The notes beneath the pieces are model-generated. The model worked only from the letters and a program-made list of their open reading frames with translations, was not told the DNA's origin and searched no databases. Both the position numbers and the translations under genes were made by a program. A stretch of 64,000 bases of DNA from Phycisphaerae bacterium (GTDB taxonomy: Bacteria; Planctomycetota; Phycisphaerae; UBA1845; Fen-1342): NCBI GenBank assembly GCA_963675745.2, contig CAXXWX010000026.1, positions 448,001-512,000 on the forward strand. The letters are read 5' to 3'. Within the stretch, counting starts at the first letter, position 1, and each line of letters opens with the position of its first letter. Below, piece by piece: positions 48,857 through 57,546 of the stretch.

Positions 48857-51226
48857 TCAATCGGTCAGCATCTCTCGAAAGAGATGCGATGAGGCCACGG
48901 CGGTCAGGTATTCGTCCCACTCACCGCGGTCGGTTCCTTCACCAAGCTCTCTAAATGCCTGGTCCGGGATGTTGCGCAGCAGCCACTGCGCGCGCACGAC
49001 GGCCCGAGCCGCCTCCGACATCTCCCCCAGCCGCAGGTGGATGTTGGCAAGTTGCACCTGTGCGGCCAATGAAGCCGGCTCTTGCTCGTAACGCACTGCG
49101 GCCTGTTCATACGCCTCCAGCGCCTCCCGCAGCGCGTCAACGGTGCTCAGCGCCAGCAGACAGTCGCCGCGGTTGAACCGGGCCAGCCGCTCGAGTGTTG
49201 CCGCACTTGGTCCCTGCTCACCCGGCGCGGGGATCTCGCCCAGAAACGCCTGATACAAGTCGGCGGCCAACCGCAAGCGCCGCTGAGCCTGCTGTTCGTA
49301 CGCCTCGGGATTCTCGCTGTCGGCCGCTTCGGCGCGCAGCGCCAGCGCGCTGCGCCGGTATGTTTCAGCCAGCAGAAATCGAGCCTTCGCGCGCTGGCTG
49401 CCATTCGGGTAGAGCGTGTCGAGGGCTTCGAGTTGCGCGATGGCGTCGGCGTAACGCCCCTCGCGGTAAAGCAGTTGACAACGCCGCAATAAGGCGGCGC
49501 GGAATTCCTCGGCCTCCGGACCGAAGTGCTTTCCGTCCAGCAGACCATCCAGCATCTGCTCGGCTTCTTCGTAACGCTCGGGGCCCAGAGCAATCAGGCA
49601 ATCCGACGCGTGCAGCATCGCCCGAGCCGCCTCGGGAAGTGCGGGGAGCTCGTCGATGAGCCGGCGATAGGCCGCCACCGCGTCTTCGAGTAGCCCATCC
49701 ACCTGGTACCCACGGCCCAGGTTCAGCAGCGCCTCCGCCAATCGCGGATCGTCATCGACCAGGTTCACGAAGCTGGTGAGCATACGCCGCGCGTCTTTCA
49801 CCAAGCCGCAGCGGTCGTATTGCTCCGCGGCATCCCAGAGCAGTGTCTGGTAGCGTTCACCATCCTCAACGGCCAGGGGGGCCGCCGTCTCGAAGCTGCG
49901 CGCCGCTGAACAGCGATACTCCGCCTCTTCGACCCCCGGCGGCATCTGGTCGGCAGCCTCGACGTATGTCCGGCCGAGACGCTCGTAGAGCACCGATCTG
50001 ATCTGCGGCATGCTCTCGGGCGTAAGCTCGACCGCCAGTTTCAGGTATGCCAGTGCCGGCACCAACGCCCGCCGCTCGTGCTGACGCTCAAACAGCTCCA
50101 CCAACGCCACGCGCAAGGCCGTTCGTCCACGCTGGGTCAGCGACGGCCGCACGGCGGTCTCCGCGGCGGCGTCGCGAAGGGCCTGCAATGCGGCCGAGTG
50201 TCGCTCGAGCATGCTGAGCGCCTGCCCGCGACCGACAGTCGCCGAGATCCACACATCGTCCTCGGGGTGCATCTCCAGCGCGTCGCTGAAAGCGCGCAGC
50301 GCATCGCGCGGTCGCAGTTCGGCGAGCTCCAGCTCGCCGAGCAGGCAGCGGTTCAAAGCCGGCAGATTCCCATGCTCAGCCAGCGCTTCCATCGGCAGCG
50401 GCGAGGCTTGCAGCCATTCATCCACCCACTGGATCACCGGCGCCGCTTCGTCCATGCGCCCTTCGGCCACAAGCAGCGATGCTTCGAGGTATTCCGAATA
50501 GGCCTTCAGATCGGAGCTCTTCAGACGATCGCCGAAGCGTTCCAACAACTGCCGGGCCAGCGCCTGATCGCCGACGGTGAGAGCATCATCAAAGGCGCGG
50601 CGTAGAGCCCACCAGGTGTCGTGGGGATCGGCGCCCTCGTCGGCCAGTAGCGTGTACAGGTAGCGCCGACGCTCGGCGGCGTCATCGGGTCGTCCCCCCA
50701 GCAGGGCAACCAGGCGGCGGATCATCCGCCGACGCGCGTCCGCTGTCGGGTCTTGGTCGAGCGCCGCGCGATAGCCCGCAATGGCGTCGTCCGCGCGCCC
50801 GCACCAGTCGCGCGCGGCGGCAATGCGCTGGAGTCGCTCCGCAGTCGGCGGCATCCCCATCTGCTCGGCCTGCTCGTGGTGCTCGACGAGCAGCGCCAGA
50901 TTCTTGGGGTTGGGGACGTCGCGCCGAGACTCACGCTGATATATCAGGTTGGCGAGGAAATCATGCAGCCGTGCCTGCTGAAGCGCCGGCAGCGGTGGAT
51001 TGTTGGCGAGCAGGTTCGCCGCCGCGTCAGCCGCATCGCTTTCCTCTCCAGCGCTGGCCAGAAGCTGGATGTCCGCCATCAGGGCTTCAAAGCGAGGCGG
51101 CACTGGCGGCGGTCGCAGGCGATACAGCGCAACGCCGATCATCGCAGCGGCCGCCAACGCGACCGGGACCTGCCAACGACCCGCCAGAAACTCGGCCAAA
51201 GCTCGGCCAGTTCGCATGTTGCTCAT
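48857..51226 (-). CDS. Large TPR protein with N-terminal membrane anchor
   Basis: WQVPVALAAAAMIGVAL TM; many TPR motifs (EALLNLGRGY, ARFLLAETYR). Confidence 0.8.
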   Translation of the reverse strand: MSNMRTGRALAEFLAGRWQVPVALAAAAMIGVALYRLRPPPVPPRFEALMADIQLLASAGEESDAADAAANLLANNPPLPALQQARLHDFLANLIYQRESRRDVPNPKNLALLVEHHEQAEQMGMPPTAERLQRIAAARDWCGRADDAIAGYRAALDQDPTADARRRMIRRLVALLGGRPDDAAERRRYLYTLLADEGADPHDTWWALRRAFDDALTVGDQALARQLLERFGDRLKSSDLKAYSEYLEASLLVAEGRMDEAAPVIQWVDEWLQASPLPMEALAEHGNLPALNRCLLGELELAELRPRDALRAFSDALEMHPEDDVWISATVGRGQALSMLERHSAALQALRDAAAETAVRPSLTQRGRTALRVALVELFERQHERRALVPALAYLKLAVELTPESMPQIRSVLYERLGRTYVEAADQMPPGVEEAEYRCSAARSFETAAPLAVEDGERYQTLLWDAAEQYDRCGLVKDARRMLTSFVNLVDDDPRLAEALLNLGRGYQVDGLLEDAVAAYRRLIDELPALPEAARAMLHASDCLIALGPERYEEAEQMLDGLLDGKHFGPEAEEFRAALLRRCQLLYREGRYADAIAQLEALDTLYPNGSQRAKARFLLAETYRRSALALRAEAADSENPEAYEQQAQRRLRLAADLYQAFLGEIPAPGEQGPSAATLERLARFNRGDCLLALSTVDALREALEAYEQAAVRYEQEPASLAAQVQLANIHLRLGEMSEAARAVVRAQWLLRNIPDQAFRELGEGTDRGEWDEYLTAVASSHLFREMLTD

Positions 51227-51446
51227 CCAGAGCGGTAACCGGGGCATCCTGCCTGGCGGCGCGGACTCCGTCCTTTCTGTCAGGCCCTGACAGACAGCCG
51301 CCACGAATAACTAAGACACTCTATCGGCCGAATGCACGGGATGGCCGCACCGAAAGCCCCGGGCGTCGTATGGTGGATAGCGGTGGTTACAGATTGAGGC
51401 TCGGCGCAGCCGATACTGATGCAGGCGTCCCGAGACGGGGCTGACT

Positions 51447-52850
51447 ATGTCCGATAATCGAGCAGACGTGGTGCTGCTCACGACAGACGAAACCGTCATT
51501 TCCGCGGTGATCCGCAGGCAGCCGCCCGGCGCCCGCCTCATCACGCTGGCACCTGGGCATCTCGAGGACCAGACGGTCGGTCCCTGCCTCGAAACCGAGG
51601 CCTGCTGGGTCGATCTCGACGACACCCGCCCGGTTGATCTGCCTGACGCTCATGCGTACGTCTTCTTCCATTCCGACGACAGCGTGACCCGCGAAACGCA
51701 TCCCAGGGGTATCCTTGTCCGCAAGCCCCTCACCGACACCGCGCTGGATGTGCTCTGGGCACAGGCCACGTTGCCGGCACGCCGCGTTGATGAGCGCAGC
51801 CTGCCGGAGTGGATCGTCGAGTTTCATGAACAGCACCTGCCGGAGTTCTGCCGTCGGTGCGTCAAAAGCCTGCCGCAGCACCTCGGCTACCGCCGCGTGT
51901 CGCTGTATCTGCACGAACCGGAGCAGGATCTGTTAAGGCTGGCCGAGTGCAACCACCCGGAGCGTGTGGCCCTGGCTGTCCCCATGACGACCACGCCCGC
52001 GCCGCTGATGGTGGATGTCGTGCGCAGTGGGCAGATGTTGATTTCCAGCGATGTTGATGCTGAATTCAACATACGCCAGTTGCCGACGCGCGGCCGCTGC
52101 CGGCGTGATGACGATCGAGCCTGCCTGATAGCGCCGCTGTACAGCAATGGCGAATTGCAGGGTGTGCTCAATTTCAGCGAACGCGCCGATCGCGAAGCCG
52201 GCCGGAAATCGCTGCCCCTCGACGCGATCTTCCGCTTCCTCGGCCGCGCGCTTCAGCACGCCCGCGATCATGATCGCGCTCGAACCGAGGCGACCATGGA
52301 CGGGCTCACCGGGCTCTTTAATTACCGCTGGATCGTCGAGACGCTCGAACGTGAAATCAGGCGTGCCCAACGGTACGGCACGCAAGTCTCGATCGTGCTG
52401 CTCGACATCGACGGACTGAAGGCGATCAACGACACGTGGGGCCACGCCGCCGGCGACGATCTGCTACGCCATGTATCCGGCAAAATCACGAGCGAGCTGC
52501 GGCGGTTTGACTCGGCGGCACGTATCGGAGGGGATGAGTTCGTAATCCTGCTGCCCTCGTCCGACCTGCCCGGCGCCCGGAGAGTCGGTGAGCGCGTACG
52601 CACCTCCATACGTTCAGATCCGGCCATGTTCCGCGGCGAGCCACTGGCGGTGACAACCAGTGTCGGCGCAGCGGAATGGCGTGCCCCCTGGACCGCCAGA
52701 GCTCTGATCGAGGCCGCGGACCAGGCCATGTACGCCGCCAAACGCAGCGGTGGCGATGCCTGCGCGTGCGACGTAGATCTCCCCGCGTCAGACCCACAAG
52801 CGGCCCTATCGGCGGCGCGCCTGCCCAGCGCGCGCGGACACACGCATTAG
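51447..52850 (+). CDS. GAF-GGDEF diguanylate cyclase
   Basis: DGLTGLFN, DIDGLKAINDTWGHAAGD, RxxD I-site RRFD, GGDEF, ADQAMYAAK. Confidence 0.92.
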   Translation: MSDNRADVVLLTTDETVISAVIRRQPPGARLITLAPGHLEDQTVGPCLETEACWVDLDDTRPVDLPDAHAYVFFHSDDSVTRETHPRGILVRKPLTDTALDVLWAQATLPARRVDERSLPEWIVEFHEQHLPEFCRRCVKSLPQHLGYRRVSLYLHEPEQDLLRLAECNHPERVALAVPMTTTPAPLMVDVVRSGQMLISSDVDAEFNIRQLPTRGRCRRDDDRACLIAPLYSNGELQGVLNFSERADREAGRKSLPLDAIFRFLGRALQHARDHDRARTEATMDGLTGLFNYRWIVETLEREIRRAQRYGTQVSIVLLDIDGLKAINDTWGHAAGDDLLRHVSGKITSELRRFDSAARIGGDEFVILLPSSDLPGARRVGERVRTSIRSDPAMFRGEPLAVTTSVGAAEWRAPWTARALIEAADQAMYAAKRSGGDACACDVDLPASDPQAALSAARLPSARGHTH

Positions 52851-52881
52851 CGCGGCCTTTGAGAACTTCCATCACGCGGCG

Positions 52882-53009
52882 GTGTATCACGGCTCTGTGA
52901 GGCGTGAGGTTCGCGTCAAGACCGCGTCATTCAAGCCCAGCGGCACGCCTAGCGCGGTTTCAGCAACAGTCCGTTGCCCATACGCGGGTGGGGCGGGCGT
53001 CCCGCCCGC
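52882..53009. repeat. REP class E copy and 55-bp class C repeat
   Basis: gtgtatcacggctctgtgaggcgtg (52882-52906); 52955-53009 nearly identical to 4441-4495. Confidence 0.7.
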
Positions 53010-53042
53010 CTAGGTACGCGAAACAAATAACGCCGGTTTCAC

Positions 53043-53083
53043 TTGACAGACGCCGATTAATGTATTAGTGTTATAATACATTA
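53043..53083 (+). promoter_or_regulatory. Sigma70 promoter overlapped by a YtrA-type operator
   Basis: TTGACA (53043) N17 TAGTGT; perfect inverted repeat TAATGTATTA-N6-TAATACATTA (53058-53083) in an AT-rich patch. Confidence 0.75.
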
Positions 53084-53228
53084 GTTAACTAGGACACAGG
53101 TACGACCGGCGACATGACGACGCTCAGGCAGACGACAAGAAACGCGACACTCCGGTGCATCGGCAATCCCTGGCGGGGATCGCCGGCACTGAGCCGCCGA
53201 CACAGGCGCGGCGCACAGGTGAGCAATC

Positions 53229-53609
53229 ATGCACTTCGAGCTTGATCCCAAGAGCGGCGTGCCGTTCTACCGGCAGATCATTGATCAAATCCAGTTCGCC
53301 ATTGCCGACGGGCGTATCGGCAGTGGTGATCGGTTGCCGACCGTCCGGCAACTCGCCGTCGAGCTCAAAATAAACCCGAACACGGTCGCGCGGGCGTATC
53401 AGGAGCTCGAAATCAAGGGCATTGTCAACACGCAGATGGGCAGTGGCACGTTCATCGGCAACGGAAAAGTCGAAATCTCGGAGATCGAGCGCAAACGCAT
53501 GCTCGACCAGATCTGCACGGAACTACTGTCACGCGCGTCCACCTACGGCTTCACGCTGGCCGAGGTGATTGCCGCTCTGCGCGAACGCGAGGAAGAACGG
53601 CCGGGATGA
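53229..53609 (+). CDS. GntR-family (YtrA subfamily) transcriptional regulator
   Basis: PFYRQI, LPTVRQLAVELKINPNTVARAYQELE, GSGTF; short C-terminus. Confidence 0.93.
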   Translation: MHFELDPKSGVPFYRQIIDQIQFAIADGRIGSGDRLPTVRQLAVELKINPNTVARAYQELEIKGIVNTQMGSGTFIGNGKVEISEIERKRMLDQICTELLSRASTYGFTLAEVIAALREREEERPG

Positions 53610-54124
53610 TCAACGCGTTCGGACATTACGACACGACACGCGGCTTGCCGCATATCCAGCCGCTCCGCTCGCGGTTGCGGCGAATGCGGCGACCAGTCCT
53701 CCAGGCGCTGCTCGTGGCGGCCGCGGGCGCAATTGTCTGGCTGAGCCGCTCCACGAATGGCACCGGGGCGGGAGAAGGTGTGCTGTCGTCGGCCGGCACA
53801 TGGCTGAGTAAACCGCAGCCTCTGTTGCCAAGGGCCATCTGTGACGGCCGCGACGAGCACCCGTCGACCACCGAAGCGAGCAGTCGCTGCAAACTGACCA
53901 TCCGCCTGCCGATGTCGGACGGTCGCACGTTTGCGGCGGTTGAGTGCAACTATGAACGGGTTTTACGAATGCCGCCGTCGGCAACCACCGACGCACCGGA
54001 ACGGGCCACCGCGAGCCACCCACGATGGGTGTGGCTGGTGTGCGCGCTCGTGCCAATTCTCCTGGCCTGCGTGCTGGTACCGGAGCCAGAGCAGCCCATC
54101 AACTCGAGGAGGCCCAAACCGTGA
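53606..54124 (+). CDS. Hypothetical membrane protein
   Basis: ATGA and GTGA overlaps with both neighbours; two hydrophobic segments. Confidence 0.5.
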   Translation: MINAFGHYDTTRGLPHIQPLRSRLRRMRRPVLQALLVAAAGAIVWLSRSTNGTGAGEGVLSSAGTWLSKPQPLLPRAICDGRDEHPSTTEASSRCKLTIRLPMSDGRTFAAVECNYERVLRMPPSATTDAPERATASHPRWVWLVCALVPILLACVLVPEPEQPINSRRPKP

Positions 54125-55269
54125 TTGAGAACACACAGAACATCTTGGGTCGTTCGCTGGAGAAATTCGCGATCAGCTCACGCGCGGATTACCGCTTCGC
54201 ACCGTTTAACGCGCTCTTGATGCTGGCAGTCATGCTGGCCGGCCTGGTGACGCACGTTATCGTGTATGAGTTCGAAGTGGCCGCGGTCATCTACGCCATC
54301 GGCGCCGCCCTCGTGCTGCTGGGGACGTTCAGAGTACACCAGATCTGGGAGAGCGTGGTGATTGGCGGCGCCATGGTGGCGCTGGCCGGTTACCTGCTGT
54401 TCGACCACCTCGGCATACCGCCCCGTGTGCTGGTCGGGTCCACCGCTCTGGCCACCATCATCGCACCTAGTATTCAAATCGCGTACCAGTGGGAGCGCGG
54501 CGTGCTCTTGCGTTTCGGGAAATTCAAGGGCATCCGGGGAGCCGGGATCTTCGCGGTCGTGCCCGTGGTCGACAAGGTGGCTCAGTTCGTCGATCAGCGC
54601 ATCCGCGTGACCGACTTCCGCGCGGAGACCACACTCACCAAGGACACGGTGCCGGTGAACGTGGACGCGATCGCCTTCTGGATGGTCTGGGACGCGGAAA
54701 AAGCCGTGCTGGAAGTCGAGGACTTCACCACGGCGGTCACGCTGTCAGCCCAGACCGCTCTGCGGGACGCAATCGGCCGAAGCGAGCTGGCGGAACTGCT
54801 GTCGCACCGGGATCGTCTGGGCAAGGAGATCCAGGAAGTGCTGGACGCCAAGACGAACCCCTGGGGCATCACGGCCCAGTCCGTCGAGATCCGCGACATC
54901 ATCATTCCCAAGGCGCTCGAAGACGCCATGAGCAAACAGGCGCAGTCCGAGCGCGAGCGCCAATCGCGCATCATCCTCGGTACGGCGGAGACGGAGATTG
55001 CCGAGAAGTTCGCCAAGGCGTCGGAAGCCTACCGCGATAACCCCGTCGCCCTGCACTTGCGTGCGATGAACATGGTTTACGAAGGCCTCAAGAAGAAAGG
55101 CTCGATGGTCATCGTGCCGTCCACGGCCGTCGAGACGATGGGCCTCGGTGCGCTGGGCGGCCTGACAGCGTTGGGGCAACCACGCGCCGACATGTCCGCG
55201 GAGGCCGCACTGAGTGAGCCCGACCGACCGGAGGCCGGTCCCACAGACACTTCGGCCACGCAGCCTTAG
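54121..55269 (+). CDS. SPFH/stomatin (slipin) family protein with extra N-terminal TM helices
   Basis: ERGVLLRFGK, TKDTVPVNVDA, AQTALRDAIG, VEIRDI, PVALHLR. Confidence 0.9.
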   Translation: MIENTQNILGRSLEKFAISSRADYRFAPFNALLMLAVMLAGLVTHVIVYEFEVAAVIYAIGAALVLLGTFRVHQIWESVVIGGAMVALAGYLLFDHLGIPPRVLVGSTALATIIAPSIQIAYQWERGVLLRFGKFKGIRGAGIFAVVPVVDKVAQFVDQRIRVTDFRAETTLTKDTVPVNVDAIAFWMVWDAEKAVLEVEDFTTAVTLSAQTALRDAIGRSELAELLSHRDRLGKEIQEVLDAKTNPWGITAQSVEIRDIIIPKALEDAMSKQAQSERERQSRIILGTAETEIAEKFAKASEAYRDNPVALHLRAMNMVYEGLKKKGSMVIVPSTAVETMGLGALGGLTALGQPRADMSAEAALSEPDRPEAGPTDTSATQP

Positions 55270-55285
55270 ACGCGCCCCCAAGACT

Positions 55286-55355
55286 GCGGCACCGGCTTTC
55301 AACTGTGGCACTGGTTTTCAACCAGTGCGTATCACCGGTTGAAAACCGGTGCCAC
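55286..55355. repeat. REP class D inverted doublet (possible bidirectional terminator)
   Basis: GTGGCACTGGTTTTCAACCAGTG (55305-55327) and CACCGGTTGAAAACCGGTGCCAC (55333-55355), partial third copy at 55286. Confidence 0.75.
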
Positions 55356-55374
55356 ATGGGTTTTGGGATAGCTT

Positions 55375-56184
55375 CTACTGTGTGATGCGGTGCAGGTGCG
55401 CGACGCTGTCGATGCGGCTGAGTAATTCGCGGTCGGCAATCGGCCGCTCAGACGCCGCCGGAACGAACAACGTGAACCCGGCGTGCAGCACGTGGGCGTA
55501 GTCGCAAATGTCGCGCAGCGCGAAACGATGCACGGTCGATGTCATCAGCGGGTGCGGCGTCGAGTAAACCGCCGAGACGACGTGCTCGGGCGGGTAATAG
55601 CGCAGCAGGTGTGTCCGCAGGCGCTCGAGGCGAACCGGTTTCGAGACGCGTGTCGTGTGCAGACACGTTTCCACGGTGCCAATCTGCCAGATGAGGGCCG
55701 GAACGTCGGGTTGCAACGGCCGACGCCGCAAGAGCAGGTCCGTGGCCTCGTACATCTGTAGCCCCGTGACACACGGATCGATCATCAACTCCGCGAACAA
55801 GCTGTCCATCGCCGAGATGCCCGGTAACACGCGAACCGTAAGATTCAGCAGCCCGGCCATGTCGCGGATCAGGAAGGGTGCGTAAACGCCGACGATCGGG
55901 TGCCCGTGCATCGCAAATGTGACCGGCGGGTGATCCAGGGCTGCGTCAATGACACGCGCGGCCATGTGGTGATAGGCGCCCAGCCGGTGCTCGCCGTCCC
56001 GATAGCTCGTCTCGAAGAGCCCCGTAACGCGCGGGCATAGGGTCTCCAGGAACGGACGCGTCGCCACGCCCGTATCCACGTAGAGCACTTCATTTGAACG
56101 GCGGATGGCCCGCTCGGTCTGGCGTGTGATCTGGTCGACGTTCAGGACGCCGAGCCCGACGATGTAGATATCAACCACGGTCAT
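55375..56184 (-). CDS. Borosin-type alpha-N-methyltransferase (OphMA/SonM-like, tetrapyrrole methylase fold)
   Basis: IVGLG..QIT, SY..GEHR...Y..MA, HGHP (cf. YGHP), LPGISAMDSLFAELMIDP, EATDLL, IWQIG, YYPPEH, TLFVP. Confidence 0.85.
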   Translation of the reverse strand: MTVVDIYIVGLGVLNVDQITRQTERAIRRSNEVLYVDTGVATRPFLETLCPRVTGLFETSYRDGEHRLGAYHHMAARVIDAALDHPPVTFAMHGHPIVGVYAPFLIRDMAGLLNLTVRVLPGISAMDSLFAELMIDPCVTGLQMYEATDLLLRRRPLQPDVPALIWQIGTVETCLHTTRVSKPVRLERLRTHLLRYYPPEHVVSAVYSTPHPLMTSTVHRFALRDICDYAHVLHAGFTLFVPAASERPIADRELLSRIDSVAHLHRITQ

Positions 56185-56845
56185 CCCCCTCTTGCAGGGC
56201 GTGGATCAACCCGAGCAACTTCTCGTACCGCCCACCGGCATCGCTGGCACGGACGGCCCGCGCGGCTGCCTTCGCCGCCGCCGAATCGACATGATGATTC
56301 CACGGTGGATTCGCCGCAGCCGGCGGCTTCGGCTTGTCCGAAACGGCGTCGAGCGGCTCGATCGCGGCGGAATACGCCACCGTCAGCCCCTCCTCCCCTG
56401 AGGCGACGACCGTGGGCGTGAAGCGGACAAGCCACTCGATCTCCGGCGGTGCCCCGCTGCTCGGCTGGTCAGCGCGCGCATCGCGATCTGCGGGCCATGT
56501 GTGCAGAGAAGCCGCGTACGCGACATTTGCGCCGGCCCCCGGCGTCTGGGCCACCTGCGGAGCCAGTCGCAGCAGCAGCTTGACTTCGGGCAACTCTGGC
56601 GACGGCGCAGCATCCGCCTCCTGAGATTCGCGCTGTGGCGAGTCTTCCGCCGCCGCGTGACCATGCCCCACCGCGCCCCCCAGCAGGCCCAGCAGACGCT
56701 CGTCACGGCGGATCAGGATGTCCCGCTCTTGCTCGCTGAGGTCATAGCCTTCGAACGCCCGCTCCGGATCGGTCAGCGCCAACTCACAAAACGCATCGTC
56801 CAGCGCCGTCCGAACCAGAAAGTCAGCCACCGACTTGCCCGCCAT
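56171..56845 (-). CDS. Putative split-borosin precursor (LigA/BBD-like N-terminal domain plus repeated core region)
   Basis: FLVRTALDDAF..LALTDPERAFEGYDLSEQERDIL..RD; GAGG RBS; overlaps methyltransferase start by 14 nt; 224 aa. Confidence 0.72.
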   Translation of the reverse strand: MAGKSVADFLVRTALDDAFCELALTDPERAFEGYDLSEQERDILIRRDERLLGLLGGAVGHGHAAAEDSPQRESQEADAAPSPELPEVKLLLRLAPQVAQTPGAGANVAYAASLHTWPADRDARADQPSSGAPPEIEWLVRFTPTVVASGEEGLTVAYSAAIEPLDAVSDKPKPPAAANPPWNHHVDSAAAKAAARAVRASDAGGRYEKLLGLIHALQEGDDRG

Positions 56846-57094
56846 CTGTATTGCCCTCACACGTAAGCGTGCGCTGTGCGTCTGACATTGTCGGATGATC
56901 ACCGCACTATAACGGCACACCCGGCCGCGGGAAGTCTCGGACCGGTGGAGCACCAACTGGCAAGGGAAGAGCTGGTTGGCGTCAGAAAGGCAGGTGAACA
57001 GAACGCACGCAGCGGCAACGCCGCCACACGTCATCACCATCGCGTACGAGGGCATTGGTGCGGCCGGATACCAACACGGCGGCCCGGCAAACCC

Positions 57095-57339
57095 CGCCCC
57101 GGAGGGGCTTGGGCAAATAGCCACGGGTGGAGCGCAGCGTAACCCGTGGATAGTAACGATCCCCAATGAACCTCCGCCCTGAAAGGGCGGCGGAGGGACA
57201 GCCGATTGGAGTACCGCCGGGTTCCTCGGCAACTCCGTTCCACCGCCCTTCCAGGGCGGGATGCGCGACAAGAACACACCCGGTCCACGGGTTGCGCTGC
57301 GCTCCACCCGTGGTTACACGCCCACGCCCCATTGGGGCG
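57095..57339. mobile_element. Transposase-free REPIN/MITE of the 958-1632 family
   Basis: GCCCCGGAGGGGC...CCACGGGTGGAGCGCAGCGTAACCCGTGG...CGCCCTGAAAGGGCG, about 54 nt spacer, then the inverted set ending CGCCCCATTGGGGCG. Confidence 0.82.
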
Positions 57340-57546
57340 ACGGCGCGGCTGCGACTGGTCGGGACGCTGGTCATGACCGTCGGATCGGCGTTGATCATCT
57401 TTGCCCGGGCCGCGACCGGTGCGGGCTAGGCAACGGCGTCACGGTGGGCGCTCCGCCGAATCACGTACGACGACACGGACGCCGCGCGGGCGATTACTCG
57501 CTAGAATTGACCAACGGCCCACAATAGACCGCCACACGGAGCAGCC

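Noticed and set aside
51340..51392. c-di-GMP-I riboswitch-like fragments (AAAGCC...GATAGCGG..GTTAC) upstream of the GGDEF gene
   Set aside because: Lacks the GGCAAAC/GNRA P2 arm and convincing pairing; an Infernal search would be needed
56846..57307. Long Cys-rich N-terminal extension of the borosin precursor in the ORF track
   Set aside because: Begins inside the REPIN; a good RBS and the domain start point to ATG 56845
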